Assembly: GCA_028534125.1 (NCBI GenBank)
Contig: CM052819.1
Span: 97,650,001-97,714,000 of the forward strand
Length of the DNA stretch: 64,000 bases
DNA from: Lama glama
Lineage: Eukaryota
Direction: 5' to 3'
The notes beneath the pieces are model-generated. The model was not told where the DNA came from. It made no database searches and was given only the letters and a program-made list of their open reading frames with translations. The position numbers and the translations under genes were made by a program. Positions 26,096 through 39,399 of the stretch are shown here, one piece after another (position 1 is the stretch's first letter; each line of letters begins with the position of its first letter).

Positions 26096-27301
26096 CTGGG
26101 AGATATTAATTAAAGTGATTGCCAGAATAATCTATATTAAAAAGAGAAAAGAGAATCAAGGGGTGGTGTCCTACGGTTTCCCCCAGGCACTCTCCACGCG
26201 GTCCCCGTTCTGCGCACAGGCGCAGGCAGACACGCACGGCCCTCCCTCCTAGTCCCGTTGTGACCTGCTTGTGAATTCCTTGTCTCCCCTAAGAGCCATT
26301 ACCTGCTGTCAGTGGGAGCAGAGCATTCAGGATTCCCAGCCAGAGGAAGGGAGACCAGAAGGATTTATGGTGTCACTGCAGGAACACAAATTCTGCTTTC
26401 ACCCAGACTGACACCATAAATGGAGGCGTATAAATCAGAGCGGAGAGGGAGAAAGATCTATAAAGAGAAAGATCTCTTTCTGATGAACACAGGCACTGAG
26501 GCCAGCCCTGATGTTTAACGCGTGATTTAAGGGGCAAGGAAGGAAGCTTTGTGCGCACATGGCACAGGGAAGCCGTCAGTAGACGCCGATTGAGGACCTC
26601 GTGGGAGAGGGCATCAGCCGTCCGGGGCTCTGGAGACGGGAGGGCTGGCGAGGATTCCTGCGCTCAGTTAGTGCACAGCTATTATTCTATCCTTTCCTGG
26701 AATCGCATCTCTCCCTCCCCCGGGCCTTTGCCCTCCCCCATATAGTGAGGACCGGTGAACTCTTTTCCACCTTGAGCAGCACATCCCTCCTCTGCAAAGG
26801 TTTCCATGAGACACTCCCTTCTCCCCCTGCAGTCCTCCCTCCCTCCCTCCCTCTCTGTCTTCCTTTCTTCCTCTCCCCATTAGCACTATGTCACTAGAGC
26901 AGCAGTATCCTGATCCCACTGTGTTCTTACTATTGTTTGCTCAGTTTTAACTACAAGTAATGTGTTCACTTTGTGCCAGGCACTTAACGTGCTATATCTT
27001 GGCCACCATCATCACCCCCCAGTTTACCGATGAACAGCCTGAGGTTTACTGAGGTTAAGTTTTTTGCCTGAGGCAAGACCTTGGTTGGCTCCAGAAGGCA
27101 TGCTTTTATTTTCACTACAAATTGGTGTGATTGGTAATCTCCTACACAATTTGCAGATGAAAACAAGGGAGCATTTCTTCATTTCTTTCTTCATTCACCA
27201 GACTTTTTTTAGTTGAGTGCTTTGTCTCAGTCTCAGGCAAACATTGTGCTGGGTCCTGGGCTCAGAGGGTGAGTGACTTGGCCAGAGCCATGGAACCAAG
27301 A

Positions 27302-27452
27302 CTGCACTATCCAACCCTGGCCGCTTGCCACATTTGCCTGTTGAACACTGGAAGTGTGCTTGATCTCAACTGAGATCAGCTGAGAGTGAGAAATACACAT
27401 CAGTTTTCAGAGAGTTAGTGTGAAAAAAATGTAAATTGTCTTCTTAAAAATT
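27302..27452. mobile_element. MER3-like hAT-Charlie DNA transposon fragment
   Basis: ctgcactatccaa, gccacat, aaatacacatcag, aaaaaaatgtaaa resemble the recalled MER3/MER33 consensus. Confidence 0.55.
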
Positions 27453-27454
27453 AC

Positions 27455-27925
27455 TCACAATAGCCAAGATATGGAAACAAATTAACAGATGACATCTGTT
27501 GACGGATGGATGGATAAAGAAAATGTAACATAATGCATACATAATAGAATATTATGTAGCCACGAAAAAGAAGGAAATCCTGCCATTTGTGACAACACGG
27601 ATAAACTTGTAGGACATTATGCTGAGTAGAATGAGCTAAACATAGAAAGACAAATATTGCATGATCTCACTTATATGGAATCTTTTAAAAAAAATCAAAC
27701 TCATGGAAACAAGTAGAAAGGTGATTACCAGAGGAGGGGTCGCAGGGAGCGATTGCTTGAAGAGTACAGAGCTTCAGTTTTGCAAGATGAAAAGAGTTCT
27801 GGAGATGGATGGGTGTGATGATTGTACAACAATATGAATATACTTAATACCATTGAATGGTGTACTTAATAATGCTTGATTTTCTGTTAGGTGTCTTTTA
27901 TCAAAATCAAAATAAATAAGAAAAA
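27455..27925 (+). mobile_element. L1M 3' region, sense orientation
   Basis: cacaatagccaagatatggaaacaa, aaggaaatcctgccatttgtgacaac, gatgaaaagagttctggagatgg. Confidence 0.8.
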
Positions 27926-30038
27926 AACAGACAAGAACTTAAGAAGTGTATATGTCTATTTTCACTATTATGTGAAAACATTTAAAGAATGAAGACTTTA
28001 TGGGACTGAAAGCAGGTGGGTTAAATGAAAGTTGATGGGATGCAAGCTAGTCAAAATAAAATTTGGTTCAAAAAGAAGCAGAGGGGGAGGTAAGGGCGGC
28101 AGGGTGCTAGTACCAGATTATGAAGGATTTTTAATTTCTTAATAAGGAATCAAGTTTCTATTAAAGATTCCTGAGCACAGAAGATGATCATAACCATCCT
28201 TAGAAAGAAAACATGCCTCAGTGTGTAGACAAGGAAGAAGCTGGAGACTTGAGGGAACCTCAGGGAGCCCTCAGGAGGCTGGACCAGCAGCAGTGGAAAC
28301 TTACAGAAGAGACATGGTGATTGGTTATGTCTGGGGAAAGGGGAAGGGGGTGGAGGGAGTGGACTGCTCAGCCAGTAGATGGGGAGGATGATGGCCTCAG
28401 TGCGGAGGGCAGAGAGCGATTGTCTTAGGGGAGGAACATAGCGGGTGTGCTCTTGGAGAGGCTGTGATGGGAGGTTTGGGTTGCAGGCTGTCCATGTGGG
28501 TGTCCCCGGAGCAGTGGGGAGTTGCTGTTCTCAGCCAGTTGACAGTGATGGCTGGGGAGAGGTAGTCATGCCTAACCATGCCATTATCTTTTGGATTCCT
28601 TGGATCAGTTTGCTCCTAGATGATGTAATTTGAGGCTTCCTCAGTATTGTCCCCGAGTTACGTTCTAGGTGATTAAAAATGGGGCCGAGTTGGAAGAGAG
28701 ATGGAGCAGGATGAGGCAGCTGGGGGATCGGCGTTGAAGGGTATTTGAGACAAATGGGCATTCAGTTTTTTAACCAATGTATTTAGTGATTTAATGTATT
28801 TTTTGCTTCGGGAGCCAGGCGCTGTGGGGAATACCAAAATGAATTACCCCTGGTTTCAAAAAACTTGTATTCTTGTTACTGAGCTGGGGCTTTTTGACTC
28901 TCTTCCAAAACCAAGGAGAAATGATTCTAGCATTACCTGTTTTAATTCGTACCTCGTCTCCCCTTAGGATTCCTGAGTTTTGGTGAATTCCAGCTGGGCA
29001 GGGAATTAGGGGTTACTTTTATCCTTATGGATAATAAATACATTTTGATGAAAAGGAAGCACACGTATTTTAATGAAGTAGATGGGCTTTTGGCAAGAAT
29101 TCCAACAATTGCACAATTCTGCCCTTCCTGAGGCACCTGGTCAGGCCACCTTGCTGTCTCAAAATTCTCTTGCATTTTTCCTCCCTCACAGGAACTAGTT
29201 TCTCGTTTCGCACCAGCAGGATGTTTCCAGGGTGTCAGGACGTGATTTGCTTTCTGAATCAGAGCTGGACTCATGGCGCAGAGACCCGGTGATCGTGGCT
29301 TCAGAACTTCCCGGGGAGGACGTGGGAGGGTCTCCCAGCCCTGCATTGTGAGCTGGCTTGATTTTTTTCTTAAACTAGAGTTGAGCTCTTTGCATTTATC
29401 CAGCTCTGGGTTCTGCTCTTGTCACCAGGATCGGTCCTAATGAGCTCTGTTGTTTAAACTGGGGAAGGCAACTTTTCCCTCTCGTTTCCACAAAGACAGA
29501 TTTGAGCGTGCCGCCGCGGGAGGGTGGCCGGCGGGGGGCCCGGGGTCAGAGCTGTCCTGTTCTGCTGTATAAATAGCAGCAATTAATGGGCCCCTAGAAA
29601 AGAATTTGGCCTTGCTGTCTAGCATCCTTTCTCTGGGAATTGGAGCAATCCTGAAATTAATTATAAAGCCGGCTGGGGATATTTTCTGCTTTCTGTTAAG
29701 TAAGTATCCTCCACACAGACGCCCGTTTCACTCCGATGCGTTTACACCAACCGTTTCTCGGAAAGAAGGCGTGAAACCAATTTATTTCCAATACGTCCCA
29801 CTGGGTCATGCTAATCACTACAGTTTTCAGCCCTTTTACACCGAATTCAGGCTTGGGCTGGAGCCTGGAGCCTCAGAGCTCTCGCCCCTTGCTGTTTTCT
29901 TTGTGGCTTTCGGGGCGTCCCTTCCAGCTCACCCCCGCTCAGTGGACTTCATCCAGTTTTGTCACCGAGATTTGATTGTTCTAGTAACATCTACAAAGCA
30001 AGCCATCCTGTCATCACTCATAACTTTCACGAAGGTTC

Positions 30039-30418
30039 TGCGTTAGTCTGCTCAGGCTGCCACCACAAAATACTCCAGCGTGGTGGCTTAAACAACACAT
30101 TTAATGTCTTGCTGTTCTGGAGGCTGGAAGTCCAGGAATAAGGTGTCAGCAAGTTTGGTTTCTCCCGAGACCTCTCTCCTTGGCTCCCAGATGGCCGTCC
30201 TCTTGCTGTGTCCTCACATGGCCTTTTCTCTGTGTGAGCAGATCCCTGGTGTCTCTTCCTCTTCTTACAAGGACACCAGTCCTATTGGCTTAGGGCCCCA
30301 CCCTCATGTCCTCACTTTACCTTAATTACCTCTGTAAAGACCGAGCTCCAACTAGTCACCTTGGGGGTTGAATCTTTAACATGTGAAGTTGAGGGTAGAC
30401 ACAATTCGGTCCATAACA
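30039..30418 (-). mobile_element. MLT1A-like solo LTR with perfect 5-bp TSD
   Basis: TG...CA termini with ggttc on both sides (30034-30038 and 30419-30423). Confidence 0.9.
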
Positions 30419-30464
30419 GGTTCCGACATAGTTAATAGAATCATTTCTCCCAACTGCACTTGCA

Positions 30465-30920
30465 TTTATTCTTTCATTCATTCAAGATGTATTCACTGAG
30501 TGTTGTCCATGAGCCAGAGACCCTTCTGGATGCTGAGAACATGACAGCAGAGGAGACAGAGGACTGTCTCTTCCCTCTGGGAGCTGCCATGGGTCAAGCA
30601 GGTTCTACACGCAGTGGATGAGTTCTGTAGGATTAAAGAGGGGATAAGTATGAGGGGGACAAGCAGACGGAAGGGGATGGTGAGTGCCAGGTGGGTGTGG
30701 CTGTCACTAGGTGGGTCAGGAGAGCCCCTCTGAGAGGTGACACCTCGGCAAGTCTTGGAGGTGAGGGAGTGAGTCTGTGGCCAGGGCGGAAATACACCTG
30801 TCACATCCTAGGAACTGCAGGGAGGCCAGTAGTTGAGCAGAGAGAATGAGGAGACTGGAGGGGGATGCGGTCAGAGATGGAAGCAGCTGCATGTGGGGTC
30901 TCCAGTCTCTGGGAGACATG
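30465..30920 (-). mobile_element. L2 3' relic
   Basis: ttcattcattcaagatgtattcactgag tail followed by a purine-rich L2-like body. Confidence 0.55.
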
Positions 30921-33439
30921 GGATTCTGGTTGGTTCTTGCTTTGGGGGAACTTTCCTGTCCCTTGAGATTAGCTGTTCTAGAGAAGGTGACAGATGGTTC
31001 AGACAAGTTTAGGGGGGAGAAAGGGTGTACCTGGCAGGGGTACAGCCCAGAATTAGACGTTGGGGTGGGAGGGAACTAAGGGTACACGGGCGTGGCTGAT
31101 GAGAGAATGAGGCTGCTTCCCTGATGGACGCCAAGTGCCCAGAAAGCAGGCTTTAACACAGATCATGGCTATCTTCTCCAGCACCCCTTCCCCGTAGTGA
31201 CTTCTCCCAGCTCTCAGCCAGAATCTCAGGAAGTAAGAACCTGCTTTCTGCAGCAAGATGGCTGAACGGCTGCGGTCCACACGTGGTGAGCAGGAGACCA
31301 CTGTCCCTGTGCCTTTAGCTTGGCAGTGGTCCTGAGTTTCAGTCTCTGCTCTCGCTCACCCGAGAGGGTCACCAGGGATACTGTTTGTTCAGGGTCATCT
31401 GATCTGTATTCTAGCAGGAGACCTTAGCGTGCGTCGTCTGGCTTCTGTAAGGCATGCATGTAATGGGGGTGCTGTGGCCACCTGTCCACCCTCCCTCTCC
31501 CCTGGCCTCCTCCCTTCCTTCCTCTTTCCTTAACTTGCCCAGACGTTGGCTGTGTTCTTGGTCCAGTACGTGTTTATTGAGCCTCTCTGTTCCTGACACT
31601 GCGAGGCACTGGGCATGGAAGGGTGAGTGATGTTTGCAGTGACAATGGGGGCTGGCGCCAGGGACGGGGTTCTAGGAGAGTATTCTATGAAAAAGGATGA
31701 GGCTCGAAGAAGAGCAAGAAGGATCCAGCAGGGCTAATTCCAGAATCTGGGAAGGGGATCTGGAAGTGGGTGAAATGTGTGCCGGGGAGGAGGAACGTCC
31801 TACTGTTGCCCAGTGGAAAAGCGGAATAGAGTAAGGGGATTGTGGAAGCTGCCGGCTGGGAGATGGGGGGAGGGCGTGGGAGCAGCTCTAATCAGGCCGG
31901 TTAGGGAAGGCTCTCTGAGAAGTGGGGGGCGGGGGCTGTGTTTCTGCACCACAGTCACACATGAGCTGAAACCACGTCCACAGGTGGCATCACATTTGAT
32001 CATTTTAATGGTTGAAGGGAAGGATTTGGGTCCCCCTGTGTTGTCGCTGAGGAAGGGGAGGGCTTGAGGGGCTAGGTTACCCAAGGCAGGCGTAGAGATG
32101 GCCCCAAACTCACCATCCTGACCGGCCATGGCAGATTGGGGGGATCTTTTGTTCTTCCTTTTCTTTCTTTCCTTCCTGTCCTTGGTCTTAATGAGCCAAG
32201 CCCAGGGCTGAAAGCCGGGAACACAAAAGTAAGGAGGCCAGACAACTCCTGCTTTCCTGGAAATGACAGCGGGGAGGGAGTCCCCAGTTGTTCAGAGTGT
32301 GTGTGTGATGGGTGTGACAGCTGGGGGAGTAAGTGCAGGGTGACAAGAGCCAGTCTGGAGGGGAGAAGCCAACTGTAATCTGAGGTCAGAGAGAGGACTG
32401 GGAGGTGGGAGTTGGCCAGATGGAGAGCGCTGGGTGGGAGGGGATTCCAGGCAGGGATAGGAGACTGGAGGTAGGGAGAGGAGCCCCATCCAGGCCAGAG
32501 AGGATGGTGGTGCAGCACGCAGTGGAGGGGAATGGGGAGGGCAGATTTTGAGAGGTGGAGGTGACAAGCCCTGGTGATGAATGAGCTGTGGGACTAGGAG
32601 TGTGGTGGGTAGGGGAGGATACACAGCTGGGGTTCAAGGGCGCCTGTGGAGGGAGGTACCTTGGGCTGAGCTGGGGAGCCTCAGGGAGGAACAGGGGTAA
32701 GTGATGGCTTTGGGAAGCCCGTGGACCATCCAGATGGAGATGTCCACAGGCCCGTCAGAGCTCGGGACAGAGGTATGAGCGGGATGGAGGAGTTGGCGCT
32801 TCTCAGCATATGGAAGATCATAGGAATCACGGAAGTGGAAGAGATGGATGGGACATCCCTAATGTGAGGAGGGAGGAGACCCTCGGGAAGGCTGGGCTGG
32901 GAGGAAAAACAGGAGGTGCAAGGCCCGCAGACGGCAAGGAGAGGGAGTGACCTCATGGACTGGGTGGTCAGGAGGCACCAGGGACCCTGGCAAGGACTTA
33001 GGGAGTGATGGGGATGGGAGCTGGGTGGCAGGGGCTTCCTGGCTTCTGCTTTTACTCACTCTTCCTACACAAAACATGCAAATTTAACAGTGGACCCTTA
33101 TTGAGGGCTCCCATGAATGTGCCCAGCACTCAGCATCCTTCCTGGGTCTCCTCAGTTATATCCCCAACATCCCTGTGAGGTAGGCACTATTCTCCCCCTC
33201 AGTTTTTATAACAGTGAAGGAACTCAGGTGGCAGAGGCAGGCTCTGAGGTCAAGGCGCCCAGCCCTGGAGCCTGGGTGCCTAGCTGCTGTGCCAGACCAC
33301 TGTCTGAACTTCCAGAGTGTGGAAGGCAGGGTGATGTCAGGAAAGGGGCCATCAGATCTGACCCCGGCCCTTGGAGAATGGACGCTAGCCCTTGGTTCTT
33401 ACTTAGAGTGAGACTCTTCTGCAGGGCAAGAACTGTATG

Positions 33440-33826
33440 ATGCTCAGATGGTCTGTTCTGCTTGGCCAGCTATAACAAAAGACCACAGACTGGGTGGCTT
33501 CAATGACAATCATTTGTTTTCTGACAGCTGTGGCGGCTGGAAGTCCAAGACCAAGATGCCGGTAGGGCTGCTTTCTGGTGAGGCGTCTCTCCTTGGTCTG
33601 GAGGTGCTGTCCTCTTGCTGTGTCCTCACATGGCCTTTCCTCTGTGCATGTGTGGGCAGAGGGATCTCCAGTATCTCTCCCTTGTCTTACATGGGCACCA
33701 GTCCTACTGCTCTTATGACCTCATTTAATCTTTTTACTGCTAAAGGCCCTATCTCCAAATGTAGTCATGTTAGGGGTTAGGGCTTCAACATGTGAATTTG
33801 GAGGTACACAGTGCAGCCCATGACGA
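33440..33826 (-). mobile_element. MLT1A-like solo LTR
   Basis: ataacaaaagaccacagactgggtggctt, gctgtgtcctcacatggcc, gttagggcttcaacatgtgaattt. Confidence 0.82.
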
Positions 33827-34072
33827 GTGGCTGTCTTAAGCCACTATAACAAAATCTGAATTATCCCTGCAAATGGGCCTGAAGGTCCACGTCTCTTTCA
33901 TAGTGTGCGTTTGGCACGTAGGACAGTGTCAGGTATATTTTAGGTGCTTAATGAATGTTTGCTGAAGAAGAAAAGATTCATTTGCGTTTAACATGTAGTA
34001 TTCATTAAGAAACCAACATGTTTTGGAAACAAATCTCTTTTTGGCTAATTTCCATGTAAAAAGAAAATTCAA

Positions 34073-34198
34073 GGGGCTGGGTATAGCTTAATGGTAGAGC
34101 ACATGCTGAGCATGCATGAGATCCTGGGTTCAATCCCCAGGACTTTCATTAGAAAAAATAATGAAAAAAATCTATAACAAAATTGAAAAAAAAAAAAA
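34073..34198 (+). mobile_element. tRNA-Ala-derived SINE (Vic-1-like)
   Basis: A and B boxes, AGC anticodon-like loop, A-rich tail, TSD aaaaagaaaattca / aaaaagaaaatcca. Confidence 0.88.
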
Positions 34199-34294
34199 GA
34201 AAATCCAGCTGATCAGGGCCTCCTATTCTCCTTGTGTTCTGATTATTTAAAACATCACGGTATAAAAGCTCTTTGATTAGAGAAAGACCAAACT

Positions 34295-34527
34295 CAGGGA
34301 GTGGGAGGGGACAGACTGGGATTTCAAAATGCAGAATAGATCACCAAGATTATACTGTACAGCACAGGGAAATAGATACAAGATCTTGTGGTAGCTCACA
34401 GAGAAAAAAAGGTGACAATGAATATATGTATGTTCATGTATAACTGAAAAATTGTGCTCTACACTGGAATTTGACGCAACATTGTAAAATGATTATAACT
34501 CAATAAAAATGTTAAATAAATAAAAAA
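34295..34527 (+). mobile_element. Young L1 3' end, sense to HUNK
   Basis: TSD agaaagaccaaact (34281) / agaaagactgaact (34528); ends with caataaaaatgttaaataaataaaaaaa. Confidence 0.85.
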
Positions 34528-36286
34528 AGAAAGACTGAACTTACAAAAACACATGATACATTGTCTAATGGGTAAACATACGTGTTTTTGTGATATTTTA
34601 AAGAGCAGTGTCTTTGATCAGGGGTTTCCTTCCTCAGCCGTTTTACATCTGCCTTTTCATTCTGGAGATTGGCTACATGAACAATCCTTGATGTGTTGCA
34701 GAGGAATGAATTTAAAGGCAGTGAAGGGTGGCTCGGGATGAAGGGATGCGTTTTAAATCCTGTTAACTCTGATCCCATGTAGACAGTCTCCACTGAGTCA
34801 GTATTTAAAGAAGATGAGAGACTAGACTGATATTAAACCACTGCCTTGGGATTTAAAAGCGACTCTATTCCAGAGAGTTCCAAACACTGAAATGTAGTTC
34901 AGGCTTCTCCTTCTTCTTTGTAATATGCTAAAGCGCCGGGTCAAGGAAGTCACATTTTTTTTTTCTTAGCTGAACTTAGCTTGAATGCTTTTCGCCCTCT
35001 CTACAGGTTGCCTCAGTGAAAGTAAAATGGTAATGATAATAGGGGCATCAATTTCAGGAGCATTTACTAGGCGCCAGATGTTGTTCTAAGTGCTTTACAC
35101 AGTACGTTATCTCAGGTACCGATTGGTTTGTGGAGGTGTGCGCCGTGACCGGGGCCATATGCCTTTGTGCATCCTAAGTAAAATTCTACGCTGGAATTTT
35201 TCTCCTGATCCATAGCCAGGGCCGTGAAGCGTGAATGCCTTTCTGCAGCTGGCCCCTCTCCTGATGACCTGGGATCCACGTGCTCCCGTTCCTTCTTTCC
35301 TGCGGTGGGGACGGTAGGGGACAGTGGTGCCCCTCTTCCCTGCAGAGAGGAGTCCTCTCCCTGTTCCTTTCCTCCCTCAGGAACTCCTTGCCTGAAGTCT
35401 TCCCTTCTCTCCTGTATCTCCTATTTCTCTGCCCCATAGCTGCTGCCTCTTCCTCTTAAATCTGCTCTTTTTTTTTCTTTTTTGGCCTTTGGGGATTTCC
35501 TTTTCTTTCTTATGGGCTTAGCTATTTAAAAGTTTACTGATCTTGTCCATCACTGATAGGTATTTTTCTGGTGGTGGGAGGTGGGAATTGCCATATTGTG
35601 AAAAGTGCAACTTCTTTTCACACTGAGGGAAGTTGCTGAATAATCCGTTTCAGCTGTGCTATACAAGAGCCGTGACATTCTCTTGCTACTAATTTCCCGC
35701 CACTCGGAAATATGGGGGCAGTCTGTGAAAACAGATTCCTCTGTAAAATTTTAGGAGGCTTTGCAACTGGGATCCATTGAAGAGAACCAGGTTGGGAGTT
35801 CCAGTCTAGTCCTTGGACTTGGTCCTCAGTCAGTCCGCGCAGATTTAATCTTTAAAACTCTCCTCACTAAAGCAGTTTATCTTTTCAGCTAGAGACCCAT
35901 CATCACACTGGGCTCCACCTGGTAGGATCAGTGCCTGTGAGTCTCTGATTACTGTCAAATTAAATTAGATGCTTCCCTTTGGTAATCATTGATCATTGCC
36001 TTTTCCTTCATTTCCCATTCAGTTTTCCCATTTCGGTTGTTACAATTGAAGTTGATGAAATGATTTTGTGTAATCAAGAATGGCATTCTGTTTGCAGCAT
36101 TATCAATGCAGAGCTTACAAGTTTAGGGATGCTTACAAGAAAGGGTGTTTAAAAACAGAGAGAGGGCTTTATAGGAAACCTTCTCCAGGTAAGGCTGCCT
36201 AAGGGTCCAGGTTTTTCACTGAAGGACTCTGAGAATCAGTAGAACTTGGGAACCAAGAAGTCAGAGGGTGGTGGGGCACACATCTG

Positions 36287-36740
36287 GTGTGTTAGTGTCC
36301 TGTGCTGCTGTAATGAATTGTCACAAACTTAGTGGCTTAAAACAACAGAAATCTATTCTTTCACAGTTCTGGAGGCCAAAAGTCCAAAATCAATCTCATT
36401 GGAACGAAATCAAGGTGTCGATAGGGCTGTGCTCCCTCCAATGGCTCCGGGGGATCCGTCCTTTGCCTCTGCCAGCCTCTGGTGGCTGCATTGCTCCTTG
36501 GCTTGTGGCCCATCACGGCCATCTCTGCCCACTTCATCACTTGGATGTCTCTGTGAATGTGTGTGAAATCTCCCACTGCCTCTATTTTAATAAAGACACT
36601 CGTGCTGACAGATAGGGCGCACCCAGACAATCTAGGTTAATCTCATCTCAAAATCCTTCCCTTTTTCCAAATAAGGTTACATTTACGTGGTCCAAGGATG
36701 GGGACTTAATGTCGCTGGGTAACTGTTATATAACCTGCTA
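36287..36740 (-). mobile_element. MLT1C-like solo LTR
   Basis: cacaaacttagtggcttaaaacaacagaaatctattctttcacagttctggaggcc. Confidence 0.82.
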
Positions 36741-37189
36741 CAGGCAATTAAAGGGTGAAGCCGAATATCCTAATAATAATTGTGTGCTGTTAAGGAAGGC
36801 AGGTCGTATTACTGCTGGGATTTCAGGCTGTTGTTTATTCATAGTACTTTCAAGAGTTTCATTGCCAAAGGGTGTAATTTTTAAAACATTGTAACATAGA
36901 CTTGAGCAAAGATGGAATCTTATTGTACTTTCCAGCATCCCTCTTTCTCTCCACCCCCCACAAGATGATGGAGATAGATACATATATATATATAGTCACA
37001 AATGAGTACAGTTTTAAAAGCTTTTAGTCTAGTATCTGTTGAACTGGGGGGGCGTCAAACTACAGCCCGCTTCTGTGAGTGGACAGCATCACCCTCACAT
37101 TGCCCTGGGACAGTGCAGGCACCCGGCTTGTGTGGTCCAGTGGCTCATTATCCCCTCTTAGTCATAATGGGCCTGAAAATCCCCATTAA

Positions 37190-37495
37190 AATGGACGAAG
37201 GTGATCAAAAGGTACAAACGTCCAGTTATAAGATAAAGAAGTCCTGGGGATGTAATGCAAAACGTGATGAATATTGTTAACAATGCTGCATTGTCCATTT
37301 GAAAGTTGCTAACACTGAAGATCTTAGAAGTTCTCATCCTACACACAAACTTGTAATGATGGTGATGGATGCTAACTAAACTTATTGTGATAAGTATTTC
37401 CCAGTATATACATATACCAAATCCTTATGTTGGATACTTGAAACTAATACAGTGTTATATGTCAACCATATCTCAACTCAAAAACTAAAGATGAA
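37190..37495 (+). mobile_element. L1MA-type 3' end, sense orientation
   Basis: ggtgatcaaaaggtacaaacgtccagttataagataa and tgttatatgtcaaccatatctcaa. Confidence 0.8.
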
Positions 37496-39399
37496 ACAAA
37501 AGACTGTTCTCTAAACATTGTTTAAATGTTGGTCCATTAAATTGATGTTAATTGGAAGCGTGTTTAAATTTATAAATGAAAACAAAGCACAAACAAACAA
37601 AAAAGACTGTTCTCCAGAAGAGAGAACAGATTAAGCTGTTTATAGCTATTTTTGCTTCAATGATCAAAAAAAAAAAAGGTTCACTGATTTCCTCAGTTGG
37701 TGACCAAGTGGTCACTTGTTTACAAAGTACCGTGTGAGGTGAAAGAGGAGGGTCCGCGCAGGAAGGGATGGGTGCTTTAAATGGTATCGCAAGTGGTGGG
37801 TGTGGTGGGAGCGTAAGGAAGAAGAGGTAAAGAGACTTTCTAGGAGGGGGTGGGACTGGGGTTAGCCTCTGCAGGAGGGGGATTTGAATGGGTGAAGGGG
37901 TGGTGTGAGCACAAGCTTGGAGCGTAACTGAGCGTTCTGGGAGGAGACCTGCGTCCGGCGCTGGGAGTCGGGCTGGACTCCGTGGGGCCGGGCTGGGGTT
38001 GTGGACCTGCGGGCGGCAGTGAGCCTCCGGAGAGCTTTAAGCAGGAAATCAGTTTTAGACCTGATTTCAGGGCAGAGCATAGAGTGTATTCAGGGGTCCA
38101 GGAGGAATATATTGATGTCATAGTCCAGGCTAGTGGTGGCCAGACTTTTATTACTTTTTTAATCAGAAACCTATGTCAAGGAAATAACTTTTGAACCCCT
38201 CACTGCCAACATGTATCTGTCCACCTACCAGTCAGTCAGCCGTTTATCAATCTTCTATTGATTGATCACTTCTGTACTCATACATTGAGTGCATTACGAA
38301 GCAGTTACAAAAAAAGGAAGTAAACAGACATGGAAGGCCCACTGTTTTTGTGCTGGGGCCCAGTGAGTCAGTACCTTGTATGAGAATGTCCCTTGGGTTG
38401 CCAGCGTCTTGCGAGAGACAGCGCGTCCGGGTGCTAGGAGGCAAGGTCCTTAATGAACCCGACCTGCGCGGGAACAGAGAGGAAGGAAAAGTGAGGGAGG
38501 CGGCTAGCAGAAGGAGTCAATGTGGTTGGTCACATTCGAGAGGAGTGAAGATACAAGACAGGAGGAGGGCAACCAGTGGTGTGCTTCAAGGCCCCGTGAG
38601 TGGACTGGTGCCCGCCGTCAAAAGACAGGGAGAGCGGGGAAGGGTGCGGATTTGGGCAGAAGACGGTCTTCCCTTCCTCTCCACCCCTCCGTCCTTAGGT
38701 CCATTCTCCTCTCCCTCCCTCTGTCTTTCCCTGTCTTTGTACAATGCTGGGAGGTCCACACATGTGATTTTGGTTGTGAGGGAAGTGGCCCGGGAGAATG
38801 TCCAATGGGCAGTTGAGATGCGACTCTGGGGCAGCAACAGGTTGGGGCCTGGCTTAGGGCCAAGAGTTAACCTGTGCAGCGATCACAACCATCGGAGGGC
38901 AGAGGCCGGCTGGCCTGAGGGCCTGCTGCGGGAGGGGCGAGGTGCTGCATCACTGGGCTTTGCCACCCCCAGCTCCCGAACCACGCCCTCGAACTGAAGA
39001 TGGGGGCGGATTTGGTCTTTCAGAAATGGAGGCACTGGGGGGGGTGCAACCTGGAGGGATGGTGTTGAGGCCTGAGAGGGAGTAGGGAGGGGCCTTTGCT
39101 GGAGGAGAATTTATGTTTTCACCTTGCGGAGAACCAGGTTTGACACCGACTCTTCACTGAGCCTTTCAGGCAACCATTCAAGTTTGCTTAAGTAAATTTC
39201 ATTCTTTTCTCTAATAATTGAATCTTTAGATCTTTGCTGATGTTACATTTTTCTTTTTTTCCCTTGATGCTATTTCAGATAAGGTTTTTCTCCTGGTGCA
39301 GAGGAGTCGCTGTGTATTTTCCTAGGGTTTTGTGAATAGTCAGGGAATAAATTTTGCCTGCAGTGTCTGAGTGCAGCCATATTCCTGGTGTCTCTTTAG

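Noticed and set aside
32290-33030. Purine/G-rich region with several minus-strand ORFs
   Set aside because: Consistent with a degraded L2 relic; the translations are Pro/Ser/Leu-rich compositional artefacts.
34073-34150. Apparent tRNA-Ala(AGC) genes here and at 5530, 40867, 49000 and 62700
   Set aside because: They have an extended 5' end, disrupted stems, A-rich tails, TSDs and no oligo-T terminator, so they are SINE copies.
35693-35702. E2F-type motif TTTCCCGCCA
   Set aside because: A single short motif outside promoter context is expected by chance in 64 kb.
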